Assembly (NCBI GenBank): GCA_031459625.1
Contig: JAVKIH010000005.1
Coordinates: forward strand, 33,952 to 97,951
DNA length: 64,000 nucleotides
Reading direction: 5' to 3'
Source of the DNA: Candidatus Geohabitans tengchongensis
GTDB taxonomy: Bacteria; Sysuimicrobiota; Sysuimicrobiia; Sysuimicrobiales; Humicultoraceae
Shown: one piece after another, positions 44,262 through 55,182 of the stretch
Numbering within the stretch: position 1 is the stretch's first letter
Layout of the letters: each line of letters opens with the position of its first letter
Notes under the pieces: model-generated
What the model was told of the DNA's origin: nothing
Database searches by the model: none
The model's input: the letters and a program-made list of their open reading frames with translations, nothing else
Program-made: the position numbers and the translations under genes

Positions 44262-45623
44262 ATGCCGACGACGCGCGTGCGCTACGCCTGCCAGGCCTGC
44301 GGCCATGTCTCGCCCAAGTGGCTGGGGCGCTGCCCCGCCTGCGGCGAGTGGAACACCTTCGTCGAGGAGCCCGCGGCCCCGGTCCCCCGGCCCCCGGTCC
44401 CGCGGCCCCCGGCCCGGGCGGCCGAGGTCGTCTCCATCACCGACGTGGCCCTCGAGCGCGAGCCGCGGGCCACCACGGGCATCGCGGAGTTCGACCGCGT
44501 GCTGGGCGGCGGCCTCGTCCCCGGCGCGCTCGTCCTCATCGGCGGCGACCCCGGGATCGGCAAGTCCACCCTGCTCACCCAGGTGGCCGCCCGCGTGGCC
44601 GCCCAGGGGCGTACCGTCCTCTACGTCACCGCCGAAGAGTCCGCCCGCCAGGCCCGTCTGCGCGCGGGGCGGCTGGGCCCGCTGCCGCGCGACCTCCTCC
44701 TCCTGGCCGAGACCGACCTGGAGGCCGTCCAGCGCGCTGTGGAGCGCCTCCGCCCCGCGCTCGTGGTGGTGGACTCGATCCAGACAGTCTACCGGCCGGA
44801 CGTCCCCTCGGCGCCGGGCAGCGTGGCGCAGGTGCGGGAGTGTGCCGCCGCGCTGCTGGGGGTGGCCAAGGGACAGGAGGTGACCGTCCTCCTGGTCGGC
44901 CACGTCACCAAGGAGGGGCAGCTGGCCGGCCCGCGGGTGCTGGAGCACCTGGTGGACACCGTGCTGGCCTTCGAGGGGGACCCGCACCACGCCTACCGCC
45001 TCCTGCGCGCCACCAAGAACCGCTTCGGCTCGACCCACGAGCTCGGGGTCTTCGAGATGGCCTCGGACGGGCTGCGCGAGGTCCCGAACCCCTCGGCGGC
45101 CTTCCTGGCCGAGCGCGCGGTGTCCGCCTCGGGGTCGGCCATCGTCTGCGCCATGGAGGGGGCCCGGCCGCTGCTGCTGGAGGTGCAGGCGCTGGTCACC
45201 CCCACGCACTTCGGGGTACCGCGGCGCACCGCCGCCGGGGTGGACTACAACCGCCTGGTGCTGCTGCTGGCGGTGCTGGAGAAGCGGGCGGGCTTGCACC
45301 TGGCCATGCACGACGTCTACGCCAGCGTGGCGGGCGGGCTGCGCGTCGCCGACCCGGCGGCCGACCTGGCCCTGGCGGCGGCCGTGGCCAGCGCCTTCCG
45401 CGACCGGCCGCTCGACCCGGGCAGCGTGGTCCTGGGCGAGGTGGGCCTGGGCGGGGAGGTGCGGACGGTGCGCCACGCCGCCCGGCGCATGGCCGAGGCG
45501 GCGCGCCTGGGCTTTGCCCGGCTGGTGGTGCCGCGGGGGAACGTCGAGGAAGCCCGCGGGGCCGGCGTGGAGGTCGCCGGCGTGGCGACCCTGGGCGAGG
45601 CGCTGGCCGTGCTGCTGGGCTAG
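44262..45623 (+). CDS. radA: DNA repair protein RadA/Sms
   Basis: C4 zinc finger, GDPGIGKST, DSIQT, KNRFG, GEVGLGGEVR. Confidence 0.97.
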   Translation: MPTTRVRYACQACGHVSPKWLGRCPACGEWNTFVEEPAAPVPRPPVPRPPARAAEVVSITDVALEREPRATTGIAEFDRVLGGGLVPGALVLIGGDPGIGKSTLLTQVAARVAAQGRTVLYVTAEESARQARLRAGRLGPLPRDLLLLAETDLEAVQRAVERLRPALVVVDSIQTVYRPDVPSAPGSVAQVRECAAALLGVAKGQEVTVLLVGHVTKEGQLAGPRVLEHLVDTVLAFEGDPHHAYRLLRATKNRFGSTHELGVFEMASDGLREVPNPSAAFLAERAVSASGSAIVCAMEGARPLLLEVQALVTPTHFGVPRRTAAGVDYNRLVLLLAVLEKRAGLHLAMHDVYASVAGGLRVADPAADLALAAAVASAFRDRPLDPGSVVLGEVGLGGEVRTVRHAARRMAEAARLGFARLVVPRGNVEEARGAGVEVAGVATLGEALAVLLG

Positions 45624-45633
45624 GCGGGCGGGG

Positions 45634-46029
45634 CTAGGTCAGGTGGAAGAGACCGAGGGCGGCGACGCGCTCGCGCTCCTTCCGCAGGATCGCGCCCAGG
45701 TCCAGGCCCGTGACGTGGCAGAGGGCGGCCAGGTAGAAGAGGGCCGTCCCCACTTCGTCCTCCAGGGTCTCGCGGCAGCGCTCGCAGGGTTCCCCCTGCA
45801 GGTGGGTGGAGAGCTGCTCCCGGACCTCTGCCAGCGAGAGGTTGGCCGGGAAGCGCTGGCGCTCCGCCGCGATCTGGACGCAGCCGCAGGAGGTCACGGC
45901 CTTGGCCAGGGCCCGGGCGATGCGGGCGGAGGACTCCACGAGCTTGCTCTGGACGTCGAGGATGCTGCGGTGGCGAATGAGGTACTGGCCGACGAGATCC
46001 TGGAACGCGGCCTGGTCGGTCTCTTTCAT
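45634..46029 (-). CDS. Conserved hypothetical Cys-rich helical protein
   Basis: RHRSILD..SK, KAVTSCGC, CERC..LEDEVG..LFYLAALC; SD AGGAGG; own promoter TTGACA-18-TACAAT (46166-46137). Confidence 0.8.
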   Translation of the reverse strand: MKETDQAAFQDLVGQYLIRHRSILDVQSKLVESSARIARALAKAVTSCGCVQIAAERQRFPANLSLAEVREQLSTHLQGEPCERCRETLEDEVGTALFYLAALCHVTGLDLGAILRKERERVAALGLFHLT

Positions 46030-46208
46030 CCCGCGCCTCCTGAGTCCGGGGTGGGGCTCCCGCTGGGGCGGGGGCGCGCCGCGGGAGCACCGGCCGCAGA
46101 CCCTGCCAGGCCGCGGATCCCGGAACGCGCAGCGCCATTGTAGGAGCGCGTTTCCGCACGTGTCAAGGCGACCGCCGTGCGGCGTGCGCGTGCTATAATC
46201 AAAGCAAC

Positions 46209-47279
46209 ATGCAGACCGCCCTGCGCGCCGTTGGGGGTCTGCTGGGCGCGCTCGTCGGGTTCCAGCTGGCCACTCAGCGTCTCGTCCTCTCGGTCTTCCC
46301 GGAAACGCTGGCCCGCATCGGCCTGGCGGTCATCGTCGCCTTGCTGGGCTGGCTGCTCAGCCCCTGGCTGTGGCGGCAGTTCGTGGCGGCCATGGACTTC
46401 GTCCTGCGCGGGCTGGCCCGCCTCTCCCTGCGCGACCTGGCCCTGGGGGTGACCGGGCTCATCGTCGGGCTGCTCATCGCCTTCCTGGTAAGCCTGCCCC
46501 TGGGCGGGCTGCCCTTCCTCGGCCCCTACCTGCGGCCGCTGGCCGCGCTGATCTTCGGCTACCTGGGCATCCACGTGGCCCTGCAGCGGCGCGAGGAGGT
46601 GACCACCATCCTCCCGCGCATCCGCAACGAGGACGAGGGGGCCGGACCCCGGGCGGTGCCCAAGGTGCTGGACACCAGCGTGATCATCGACGGGCGCATC
46701 GCCGACGTCTGCCGCACCGGCTTCGTGGACGGTCCCCTGCTCGTCCCCCGCTTCGTCCTGCAGGAGCTGCAGCGCATCGCCGACTCCGCCGACCCGATCC
46801 GGCGCGCCCGTGGGCGCCGGGGGCTCGACGTCCTGAACACCCTGCAGAAGGAGTTCGGCGCCGTGCGCGTCGTCGAGGAAGCCGGGGCGGCCGACGGCGA
46901 GGTCGACGCCCGCCTGGTGGCCTACGCCCGCAGCATCGGCGCGGCCATCCTGACCAACGACCTCAACCTCAACAAGGTGGCGGAGCTGCAGGGTGTGCGC
47001 GTCCTCAACATCAACGAGCTGGCGCAGGCGCTGCGTCCCATCCTCCTGCCGGGGGAGACCCTCTCCCTCCAAATCCTCCGGGAGGGCAAGGAGGCCGGTC
47101 AGGGGGTCGGCTACCTGGAGGACGGGACGATGGTGGTGGTGGAGGGCGGTCGGCGCCTCATCGGCGAGCAGGCCGAGGTGGTGGTGACGAGCGTCCTGCA
47201 GACCGTGGCCGGCCGCATGATCTTCGCCCGGCCCCGCAGCGAGCTCCCCGCCGGCTCCTCCACCGTGCCCCGCCGGTAG
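46209..47279 (+). CDS. yacL: Membrane PIN/TRAM domain protein (YacL-like)
   Basis: N-terminal TMs, LDTSVIIDGRI, RGRRGLD, TNDLNLNKVA, GYLEDGTMVVVE, LQTVAGRMIF. Confidence 0.92.
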   Translation: MQTALRAVGGLLGALVGFQLATQRLVLSVFPETLARIGLAVIVALLGWLLSPWLWRQFVAAMDFVLRGLARLSLRDLALGVTGLIVGLLIAFLVSLPLGGLPFLGPYLRPLAALIFGYLGIHVALQRREEVTTILPRIRNEDEGAGPRAVPKVLDTSVIIDGRIADVCRTGFVDGPLLVPRFVLQELQRIADSADPIRRARGRRGLDVLNTLQKEFGAVRVVEEAGAADGEVDARLVAYARSIGAAILTNDLNLNKVAELQGVRVLNINELAQALRPILLPGETLSLQILREGKEAGQGVGYLEDGTMVVVEGGRRLIGEQAEVVVTSVLQTVAGRMIFARPRSELPAGSSTVPRR

Positions 47280-47370
47280 GCCCCCGCCGACGGTCGCCGG
47301 GCGATCGTCGGCCGGGCCGTGCCCTCTCCTTCCCCCTCGCGGCCCCACCAGGAGTCCGCGTCCCCTGCGG

Positions 47371-47403
47371 TGAACATCTGTGCAAAGACTGATCGTTCGT
47401 TCA
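47371..47403. promoter_or_regulatory. Putative SorC/LsrR-type operator
   Basis: TGAACA-N21-CGTTCA inverted repeat in an AT-richer patch just upstream of the operon that encodes a SorC-family regulator. Confidence 0.55.
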
Positions 47404-47421
47404 CCGAGGATCCGTGAGCCC

Positions 47422-48723
47422 ATGGGGTTGCTGCCGCGGCTGCAGGCACGGGAGCGGGAGGGGCGGCCGGTCCGCGTGGCGGTGGTCGGCGTCGGGCAGA
47501 TGGGCGCCGGGGTCGCCCGTCAGGTGGCGGCCCTGGCGGGCATGCGCCTCGTCGCCCTGTGCGACGTCAGGGTGGAGCGGGCGCTCGGGGCCGCTGAGGC
47601 CGCGGGGCTCCGGGCGGCCGTGGCCGCCGACGGAGCGGAGGCTGCGCGCCTCGTCCGCGAGGGACGCGTGGCCGTGACCGCCCGGGCGGAGGGCGTCGCG
47701 GACCTGCCGGTGGACGTCCTCGTGGACGCCACGGGCGAGCCGGAGGTGGGGGCGCGTCTGGGCCTTTGCGCCCTGCGGCCCGGACGGGCGCTCGTCTCCC
47801 TGAACGTCGAGGCCGACGTCACCGTCGGCCCCCTGCTCGGGCACCTGGCCCGGCGCAGCGGGGCGGTCTACACCCTGGCCGCCGGCGACGAGCCGGCCGC
47901 GCTGGGAGAGCTGGTGGACGAGGCGCGGCTGATGGGCCTCGAGGTGATCTGCGCCGGCAAGGGCAAGAACAACCGCCTCGACCGCACCGCCACCCCGGCC
48001 CGCCTCGCCGGGGAGGCGCGCACCCGTGGGATGAGTCCGCGCATGCTCACCGCCTTCGTGGACGGCACCAAGACCATGGCTGAGCTGGCCGCCCTCGCCA
48101 ACGCCGCCGGCCTCGGGATCGACCGGCCGGGGCTGCACGGCCCCGCGGCGGATCTGGCTGACCTCCTGCACACCTTCGTCCCCGAGGGCGACGGCGGCAT
48201 TCTGCAGCGGCGGGGCGTGGTCGATTACGCCGTCGGCGACGTCGCACCCGGCGTCTTCCTCGTCGTGACCGCCCCGGAGGCGCTGCGGGGCGACCTGGCC
48301 TACCTGCGCATGGGTGACGGACCCTACTACCTGCTCCACCGTCCCTACCACCTGGCCAGCCTGGAGGTCCCCCGCTCCATCGCCCGAGCCGCGCTCGACG
48401 GCGAGGTGACGCTGGCGCCTGCGGGCCCGCCGCGGGTGGAGTGCGTGGCGGTGGCCAAGCGCGACCTCCGCCCGGAGGAGGTGCTGGACGGGATCGGCGG
48501 CGAGACTGTCTACGGGCTGGCCGAGGAGGCCGACCGCGCGTCAGCCGAGGGGCTGCTGCCCGTGGGCCTGGCGCAGGGCGCGCGGGTCCTGCGCCCGGTG
48601 GCGGCGGGGTGCCCGCTGCGCTACGCGGACGTGGTCCTGGACGAAGGCGCGGTGGTCGTGCAGGCCCGGCGCCTGCAGGACGCCCTCCTCCGGCAGGGCC
48701 TGCTGGGGGGACCGGGCGGATGA
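47422..48723 (+). CDS. Homoserine-dehydrogenase-like NAD(P) oxidoreductase with C-terminal SAF domain (COG4091-like)
   Basis: GVGQMG, NVEADVTVGP, AGDEP, AGKGKNN, FVDGTKT, RPYHL, AKRDL...LDGIGG. Confidence 0.85.
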   Translation: MGLLPRLQAREREGRPVRVAVVGVGQMGAGVARQVAALAGMRLVALCDVRVERALGAAEAAGLRAAVAADGAEAARLVREGRVAVTARAEGVADLPVDVLVDATGEPEVGARLGLCALRPGRALVSLNVEADVTVGPLLGHLARRSGAVYTLAAGDEPAALGELVDEARLMGLEVICAGKGKNNRLDRTATPARLAGEARTRGMSPRMLTAFVDGTKTMAELAALANAAGLGIDRPGLHGPAADLADLLHTFVPEGDGGILQRRGVVDYAVGDVAPGVFLVVTAPEALRGDLAYLRMGDGPYYLLHRPYHLASLEVPRSIARAALDGEVTLAPAGPPRVECVAVAKRDLRPEEVLDGIGGETVYGLAEEADRASAEGLLPVGLAQGARVLRPVAAGCPLRYADVVLDEGAVVVQARRLQDALLRQGLLGGPGG

Positions 48724-49721
48724 TGGACCACGCGCTGCTGGCCAGGGTCGCCGACCTCTACTACCTGCAGGACCTGACCCAGCAGGCCATCGCCGAGCGC
48801 CTCGGGCTCTCACGCCCCACCGTCTCGCGCCTGCTGCGGCGGGCCCGGGCGGAGGGAGTCGTGCGCATCGAGGTGGCGCGCGCGCCCGAGGCGTACCCGA
48901 AGCTGGCGCGGGCGCTCGAACGTCGGGGGGTGCGGGAAGCGGTGGTCGTGGAGGCGGCGGCCGATCCCGCCGTCACCCGGGCGGCGGTCGGCCGAGCGGG
49001 AGCCGCGCTGCTGGTCCGGCTGCTGCGCCCGGGCATGCGCCTGGGGATCTCCTGGGGCCGCTCGGTGGCCGCGGTGGTGGAGGCGCTGCCGGCCCAGCGG
49101 CGGGTACCGGTCGAGCTCGTGCCGCTCGTGGGCGGGGTAGGTCAGGTGCGCAGTGAGATCCATGCCAACGACCTCGTCCGGCGCGCCGCGGCCGCCCTCG
49201 GCGGCCGCGTCACCCTCCTGCACGCGCCGGCCGTGGCCGCCCACCCGCGGGTGCGCCAGGCCCTCCTCTCCGACCCGGCGATCCGGCGGGTCCTCGACCT
49301 GGCGCGCCGCGCCGACGTCGCGCTCGTCGGCATCGGCGCGCCGGTGCCGTCCTCCACCCTGGTCGAGAGCGGCTACTTCAGTGCCGCCGACCTGGCGGCA
49401 CTGCGCCGCCGGGGCGCCGTGGGGGACGTCTGCACCCGGTTCTTCACGGCCGAGGGCCGCCCCGCCGCGCCGGAGCTGGAGGCGCGCACCGTGGCGGTGA
49501 CGCTGGAGGAGCTGCGCCGCCTCACCACGGTGGTGGCGGTGGCGGCGGGGACGGAGAAGGCCCGGGCCATCGCCGGGGCGGTGCGCGGCGGTCTCGTGGA
49601 CGTGGTGGTGACCGACCACCGGACGGCGGCGGCGGTGGTGGAGGTGCTGGGCGGGCGCGACACCGCCGCGGGGGGCGGGCGTCGTGATCCCGGGCCGGCG
49701 GGCGCGGGAGGCGACCGATGA
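48720..49721 (+). CDS. SorC/DeoR-family sugar-binding transcriptional regulator
   Basis: [43 protein letters not shown]. Confidence 0.92.
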   Translation: MMDHALLARVADLYYLQDLTQQAIAERLGLSRPTVSRLLRRARAEGVVRIEVARAPEAYPKLARALERRGVREAVVVEAAADPAVTRAAVGRAGAALLVRLLRPGMRLGISWGRSVAAVVEALPAQRRVPVELVPLVGGVGQVRSEIHANDLVRRAAAALGGRVTLLHAPAVAAHPRVRQALLSDPAIRRVLDLARRADVALVGIGAPVPSSTLVESGYFSAADLAALRRRGAVGDVCTRFFTAEGRPAAPELEARTVAVTLEELRRLTTVVAVAAGTEKARAIAGAVRGGLVDVVVTDHRTAAAVVEVLGGRDTAAGGGRRDPGPAGAGGDR

Positions 49722-50686
49722 GCGCGGGAGGCCTGCCCCCGGATCGCCTGGTCGCGCTGCTGCGGACGATGCTGCTCATCCGTGCCTTCGAGGAGCTGGC
49801 CGACGAGCTGTTCGCGCAGGGCCGGGTCCACGGCACGATGCACCTGAGCGTCGGGCAGGAGGCGGTGGCGGCGGGGGTATGCGCGGCGCTGCAACCCGGC
49901 GACTACATCCTCAGCACCCACCGCGGCCATGGCCACTGCCTGGCCAAGGGCGCGGACGTGCGCCGCATGATGGCCGAGTTCCTGGGGAAGGCCACGGGGT
50001 ACTGCCGCGGCCGCGGCGGCAGCATGCACATCGCGGACGTGGCCGGCGGTAACCTGGGGGCGAACGGGATCGTGGCCGGCGGGCTGCCCATCGCCACCGG
50101 GGTAGGCCTCTCCATCCGGCTGCGCCGCTCCGGCCAGGTGTGCGTCGCCTTCTTCGGGGACGGGGCCGCCAACGAGGGGGCCTTCCACGAGGCGCTCAAC
50201 CTGGCCAGCATCTGGGAGCTGCCGGTGCTCTTCGTCTGCGAGAACAACCAGTACGCCATGTCGATGCCGGTGGGGCGGGCGATGCGTGTGGCGCGGGTGA
50301 GTGACCGGGCCGCCGCCTACGGGATGCCCGGGGTGACGGCGGACGGCATGGACGTGGTCGCGGTGTACACGGTGGCGACCGAGCTGGTGGCGCGGGCCCG
50401 CCAGGGCGGCGGACCCGCGCTGCTGGAGTGCGTGACCTACCGCTACCGGGGCCACAGCAAGAGCGATCGGCAGCGCTACCGCGCCCGGGAGGAGGTGGAG
50501 GCCTGGCGGGCCCGCGACCCCATCGACCGTCTGCGGGCGCGCCTGCTGGCGGCAGGGGTCCTCTCCGCGGCGGCGGCCAATCAGCTGGCGGCGGAGGCCC
50601 GTGCCGCCGTCGCCGCCGCGCTGGCCTTTGCCGAGGCCAGCCCCGAGCCGGACCCGGCCACCCTGCTCGAGGGGGTGTACGCGTGA
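49718..50686 (+). CDS. TPP-dependent dehydrogenase E1 alpha (acetoin/pyruvate type)
   Basis: [38 protein letters not shown]. Confidence 0.93.
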   Translation: MSAGGLPPDRLVALLRTMLLIRAFEELADELFAQGRVHGTMHLSVGQEAVAAGVCAALQPGDYILSTHRGHGHCLAKGADVRRMMAEFLGKATGYCRGRGGSMHIADVAGGNLGANGIVAGGLPIATGVGLSIRLRRSGQVCVAFFGDGAANEGAFHEALNLASIWELPVLFVCENNQYAMSMPVGRAMRVARVSDRAAAYGMPGVTADGMDVVAVYTVATELVARARQGGGPALLECVTYRYRGHSKSDRQRYRAREEVEAWRARDPIDRLRARLLAAGVLSAAAANQLAAEARAAVAAALAFAEASPEPDPATLLEGVYA

Positions 50687-51714
50687 CGGAGCGGGCCGTG
50701 AGCACGGCGACGGGCGGGACGGAGGTGGGCGTGCGGGAGCTCTCCTATGCGGAGGCCATCCGCGAGGCGCTTCGCCAGGCCATGCACGCGGACGAGCGCG
50801 TGATCCTGCTCGGCGAGGACATCGGCGTCTACGGCGGCGCCTTCGGGGTGACCGACGGGCTGCTGGAGGAGTTCGGGCCCGAGCGCGTGCGCGACACGCC
50901 CATCTCCGAGGCGGCCATCACCGGGTGCGCCATCGGCGCGGCGGTGACCGGCCTGCGGCCGGTGGTGGAGATCCAGTTCATGGACTTCATCACTCTGGCG
51001 ATGGAGCAGCTCGTCCTCCAGGCGGCCAAGATGCGCTACATGTTCGGGGGGACGGTCACCGTCCCGATGGTCCTGCGCACGCCCGCGGGTGCGGGGACGG
51101 GTGCGGCGGCGCAGCACTCCGGGAGCCTGGAGGCCTGGTTCGCCCACGTCCCGGGACTGAAAGTGGTGGCTCCGGCGACGCCCGCCGATGCCAAAGCGCT
51201 GCTGCTCGCCGCCATCGCCGACCCCAACCCGGTCATCGTCGTCGAGCACAAGCTCCTCTACCGGACCCGCGGGCCGGTGCCGGAGGCGCCCGCGCCGGCT
51301 CCCCTCGGCGTCGCCGCCGTGCGCCGGGAAGGGCGCGACGTCACGGTGGTGGCCACCTCGGTGATGGTGCCGCGGGCCCTGACGGCGGCCGAGCGCCTGG
51401 CCGCCGAAGGGGTGGACGTGGAGGTGGTGGACCTGCGCACGCTGCGGCCGCTGGATGCGGAGACCCCCGCGGCCTCGGCGCGCAAGACCGGACGGGTGGT
51501 GGTGGTCTACGAGGCGGTGAAGACGCTGGGGATCGGCGCTGAGGTCGCGGCGCGACTGGTGGAGGGGGAGACCTTCTACCACCTGAAGGCGCCGGTGGTC
51601 CGGCTGGGCGGGGCGGAGTGTCCCATCCCATACAACCGGACGCTGGAGCGGGCGGCGGTCCCGCAGGAGGAGGATATCGTCGCCGCGGTCCGGCAGGTGC
51701 TGGCCGAGGGGTAG
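50683..51714 (+). CDS. TPP-dependent dehydrogenase E1 beta
   Basis: [40 protein letters not shown] coupling. Confidence 0.93.
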   Translation: MTERAVSTATGGTEVGVRELSYAEAIREALRQAMHADERVILLGEDIGVYGGAFGVTDGLLEEFGPERVRDTPISEAAITGCAIGAAVTGLRPVVEIQFMDFITLAMEQLVLQAAKMRYMFGGTVTVPMVLRTPAGAGTGAAAQHSGSLEAWFAHVPGLKVVAPATPADAKALLLAAIADPNPVIVVEHKLLYRTRGPVPEAPAPAPLGVAAVRREGRDVTVVATSVMVPRALTAAERLAAEGVDVEVVDLRTLRPLDAETPAASARKTGRVVVVYEAVKTLGIGAEVAARLVEGETFYHLKAPVVRLGGAECPIPYNRTLERAAVPQEEDIVAAVRQVLAEG

Positions 51715-51720
51715 GAGCGC

Positions 51721-52899
51721 ATGGCCACGCCGGTGATCCTGCCCAAGTTCGACATGACGATGGCCGAGGGGACGCTCGGGCGCTGGCTGGTCGGCGAGGG
51801 CCAGGCGGTCCGGCGGGGCGACCCGCTGGTGGAAGTCATCACCGACAAGGTGACGATGGAGGTGGAGGCGCCCGCCGATGGGGTGCTGGCGGGGGTCCGC
51901 GCCCGGGAGAGGGAGCGCGTCCCGGTGGCCGCCGTCATCGCCTACATCGTGGCGCCCGGCGAGGCCCCCCCAGCCCCAGCGGCCGCCGCAGCGCCAGGGA
52001 CTCGTCCGGCGGGGGAACCGCCGGCTGCTCCGGCGGTGCGCCGTCGGGCCCGTGAGGCGGGGGTGGATCTGGCCACCCTCCGCGGCACCGGACCGGGCGG
52101 GCGCATCACCGAGCACGACCTGGAGGCGGCCCTGGCCGCGCGCAGGTCGCCCCCGGACCGGCTGCCGGCCACGCCGGGGGGTGGCCCCGCCGTCGAGCCC
52201 CACCTCCGCCCGCCGGGCGAGCGGCGGCCGCTCGACGCGCGGCGTCGCACGATCGCCGCGCGCATGGCCCAGAGTGCCCGGGAGATCCCGCACATCTACC
52301 TGAGGCGAGCGGTGGACTTCTCCGGGCTCGCACCCACCCGCGTGTACACTGCCGCCGTGGTGGCCGCCGCGGCGCGCGCCCTGCGGGCACACCCCCTGCT
52401 GCGCGCCGCCTTCCAGGAGGACGCCATCCTGGTCCACCAGGCCATCGACGTGGCCGTGGCCGTGGACACGCCGCAGGGCGTGGTCGCCCCGGTGGTGCGC
52501 GCCGCGGACGGCAAGAGTGTCCAGGCGATCCAGGCGGAGGTGGCGCTCCTGGCAGAGCGCGCGCGGGCGGGGACGCTGCGGGCCGAGGACCTCCAGGGAG
52601 CGGCCTTCACCGTCTCGAACCTCGGGGTGTTCGGCGTGGACGCCTTCACCGTGCTCATCCCCCCGGGCCAGTCGGCGCTGCTGGCGCTGGGCGCGGTCCG
52701 TCCCCGCCCGTGGGCGGTGGGGAACGCGGTGGCCGTGCGGCCGGTCGGGGAGGTGGTGCTGGCGCTCGACCATCGCGTGGCTGACGGGGCGGACGGCGCC
52801 CGCTTCCTCGACGACCTCTGCCGCCTGCTGGCGCAGGGAGGCGGCACGGACCAGGGGCCGGGGGTGGACAGGGGGCCCTCCACGCGGAGCGGACCGTGA
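51721..52899 (+). CDS. Dihydrolipoamide acyltransferase E2
   Basis: Lipoyl domain (TDKV), E3-binding GTGPGGRIT, catalytic DHRVADG. Confidence 0.92.
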   Translation: MATPVILPKFDMTMAEGTLGRWLVGEGQAVRRGDPLVEVITDKVTMEVEAPADGVLAGVRARERERVPVAAVIAYIVAPGEAPPAPAAAAAPGTRPAGEPPAAPAVRRRAREAGVDLATLRGTGPGGRITEHDLEAALAARRSPPDRLPATPGGGPAVEPHLRPPGERRPLDARRRTIAARMAQSAREIPHIYLRRAVDFSGLAPTRVYTAAVVAAAARALRAHPLLRAAFQEDAILVHQAIDVAVAVDTPQGVVAPVVRAADGKSVQAIQAEVALLAERARAGTLRAEDLQGAAFTVSNLGVFGVDAFTVLIPPGQSALLALGAVRPRPWAVGNAVAVRPVGEVVLALDHRVADGADGARFLDDLCRLLAQGGGTDQGPGVDRGPSTRSGP

Positions 52900-54104
52900 C
52901 GGTCCGGGTGCGGGAGCGGTACGAGGTCGAGCTGGCCTGCCGCCGCTGCGGGCGCCCGGCGCCGCACCTCGTCACGCCGGGCGAGGGGGGTCTCTCGCGT
53001 GTGACCTGCATCCGCTGCGGACGGGCCGTGGCCGTGGACACGCTGCGCTTCATGGAGCAGTACGTCGACGGCGTAGTGCGGCGGCTGCTGGCCAAACCCT
53101 TCGAGATCACCACCCAGTTCAACCGGAACCCGCGGGCCTTCATCGCCTCCCTGCCCGGGCGGGTGCTCACCAAGCCCTTCCGCGTCGCCGCCGAGCTGCG
53201 CACGACGATGGACATCGTCCGGCCGCGCGCCCTCCGCCCGGCGCGTGGGACGCAGCGGCGGCCGCCCGCGCTCGCCCCGGGCGAGCTCCCGCACCCGGAG
53301 CGCCGCTGCCAGGTCCTGCTGAGCGCTCCCGTGCTGTGGGCCCATCCGGCCGAAGAGATCCTGGAGGCGGCGCGCGACCTCGGCTACGACGGGGTGGAGC
53401 TGTGGGCCTACCAGCTCCTGGAAGAGGGGGCCGACCCGGCCGCGCTGGCCGCCCAGGCGGCGCGGCTGGGGCTGCGCCTGACGCTGCACACCCTGAGCTG
53501 GGACCTCAACCCCACCTCGCGGGTGGAGCCCATCCGGGAGGCGTCCCTGGCGGCCCTGCACCGCTCGGTGGAGCTGGCCGGGCAGCTGGGGGTGCGGCTC
53601 GTGGTCATGCACCCGGGGCAGACCACGGCGCCCTACGATGAGGGGGAGGCCTACTGGCCGGCGCTCGTGTCGGCGGTCCGCGAGGTGGCCGACCATGCCC
53701 GGGCGGTCGGGGCGGTGGTGGGCGTCGAGCACATGGAGGCCCGGCAACGGGAGTACGTCATCACGCCGGAGGACGCCAACCGCCTGGTGCGCGACGTGGA
53801 CCGCCCCAATGTCGGCACCGTCCTGGACGTGGCGCACATCCCCTGGGGGGAGGACGAGGCTGCCTTCCTGGGGCGGCTGCGGCACGTCGTGCACGTCCAC
53901 CTGAGCGACGCGGATCGCTCGCGACTCCACCTGCCGCTGGGGCAGGGGGAGCGGGACCTGGTGGGGGTCCTGGCGGCCCTGCGCGCCTATACGGGGACCA
54001 TCGCCATCGAAGGGTTCTCGCTGAGCGCCGGGGCGGACCTGGCCCGGTGGAACAAAGCGCAGTTCGAAGACCTGTGGCGGGCGGCGGCGGCCGCCCCGGC
54101 CTGA
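52896..54104 (+). CDS. Fusion of a Zn-ribbon/KP-repeat domain with a sugar-phosphate isomerase/epimerase (xylose-isomerase-like TIM barrel)
   Basis: CRRC...H...CIRC N-terminus; GYDGVELW, VVMHPG, VEHME, LDVAH, HVHLSD, HLPLGQG, IE. Confidence 0.82.
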   Translation: MTVRVRERYEVELACRRCGRPAPHLVTPGEGGLSRVTCIRCGRAVAVDTLRFMEQYVDGVVRRLLAKPFEITTQFNRNPRAFIASLPGRVLTKPFRVAAELRTTMDIVRPRALRPARGTQRRPPALAPGELPHPERRCQVLLSAPVLWAHPAEEILEAARDLGYDGVELWAYQLLEEGADPAALAAQAARLGLRLTLHTLSWDLNPTSRVEPIREASLAALHRSVELAGQLGVRLVVMHPGQTTAPYDEGEAYWPALVSAVREVADHARAVGAVVGVEHMEARQREYVITPEDANRLVRDVDRPNVGTVLDVAHIPWGEDEAAFLGRLRHVVHVHLSDADRSRLHLPLGQGERDLVGVLAALRAYTGTIAIEGFSLSAGADLARWNKAQFEDLWRAAAAAPA

Positions 54105-54124
54105 ACGCGACCACGCAGAGAGGG

Positions 54125-55153
54125 GTGGTGGAGGTGCGGAGACGGTCCAGGGGAGCAGTGACGGTGCTGGTGGGGCTGGCGGCGGCTCTGGTCGCGGGCG
54201 TCCCGGGGTTGGGGGCGCCGGCCGCCGTCCCGTCGGGCGAGATCACGCTCTACACCTCGGAGTCGGAGGACGACGTGAACGCCCTCGTGCAGGACTTCAC
54301 GCGCCGCACGCCGGGCGTGCGCGTGCAGATCTTCCGGGCCGGCTCGGGGCCGGTGGTCTCCAAGCTCCAGGCGGAGCTGCAGGCGGGGCGGATCCAGGCC
54401 GACGTGATCTGGTTCGCCGACATCGACTTCTTCCGGTCCCTGGCCGGCCGTGACCTGCTCCTCCCCTACCGGCCCCCGGCGGGCGCCCGCGTCCCCGCCC
54501 CGTACCACTACGAGGGGGACCGCATGCACGAGGTGCGCCTGATCTTCAACGTCGTGGCCTTCAACACCAACCACGTGCGCTTCCGCCCCTCCAGCTGGTG
54601 GGACCTCACCCTCCCCCGCTACCGCGGCCGGGTGGGGATGCCGAGCCCCTTCGTCTCCGGCGCCGCCTTCAACCACGTGGGTACCTTCGCCAGCCTGCGG
54701 GAGTTCGGGTGGGACTACTACCGCAAGCTGCGGGACAACGGCGCCGTGGTCCTGCGCAGCAACGGCGACGTAGCCCAGAAGCTCGCCTCGGGGGAGGTGA
54801 GCATCGCCCAGATTGTCGACTTCTTCGTGCGCAACCTGAAGAGGGAGGGCTCCCCCGTCGACCACATCTGGCCGCGCGAGGGGGCGCTGCTCGTCCCCAC
54901 GCCCGTGGCCATCATCAAGACGACCGGCAACGTCCCGGCGGCCCAGGCCTTCGTGAACTACCTGTACACGCCGGAGGCGCAGCGCCTCTTCGTGCAGCGC
55001 TCCTACATCCCGGTCGTCCCGGGGATCCCCTACCCCGAGGGGGTGCCGGACATCAGCGAACTGCGCGTGCTCCACCCCAACCTGGCCTACATCGACCGCC
55101 ACCGCGAGGAGATCCGCCGTATCTTCGGCGAGCTCTTCGGCGTGACCCGCTAG
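54125..55153 (+). CDS. ABC transporter substrate-binding protein (FbpA/AfuA family)
   Basis: Signal peptide, LYTS, ADVIW, SWWDL, P..SG, WPREG; start approximate. Confidence 0.87.
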   Translation: MVEVRRRSRGAVTVLVGLAAALVAGVPGLGAPAAVPSGEITLYTSESEDDVNALVQDFTRRTPGVRVQIFRAGSGPVVSKLQAELQAGRIQADVIWFADIDFFRSLAGRDLLLPYRPPAGARVPAPYHYEGDRMHEVRLIFNVVAFNTNHVRFRPSSWWDLTLPRYRGRVGMPSPFVSGAAFNHVGTFASLREFGWDYYRKLRDNGAVVLRSNGDVAQKLASGEVSIAQIVDFFVRNLKREGSPVDHIWPREGALLVPTPVAIIKTTGNVPAAQAFVNYLYTPEAQRLFVQRSYIPVVPGIPYPEGVPDISELRVLHPNLAYIDRHREEIRRIFGELFGVTR

Positions 55154-55182
55154 CGGCGGGCCGGCGGCGGACCGGCGCGGCG

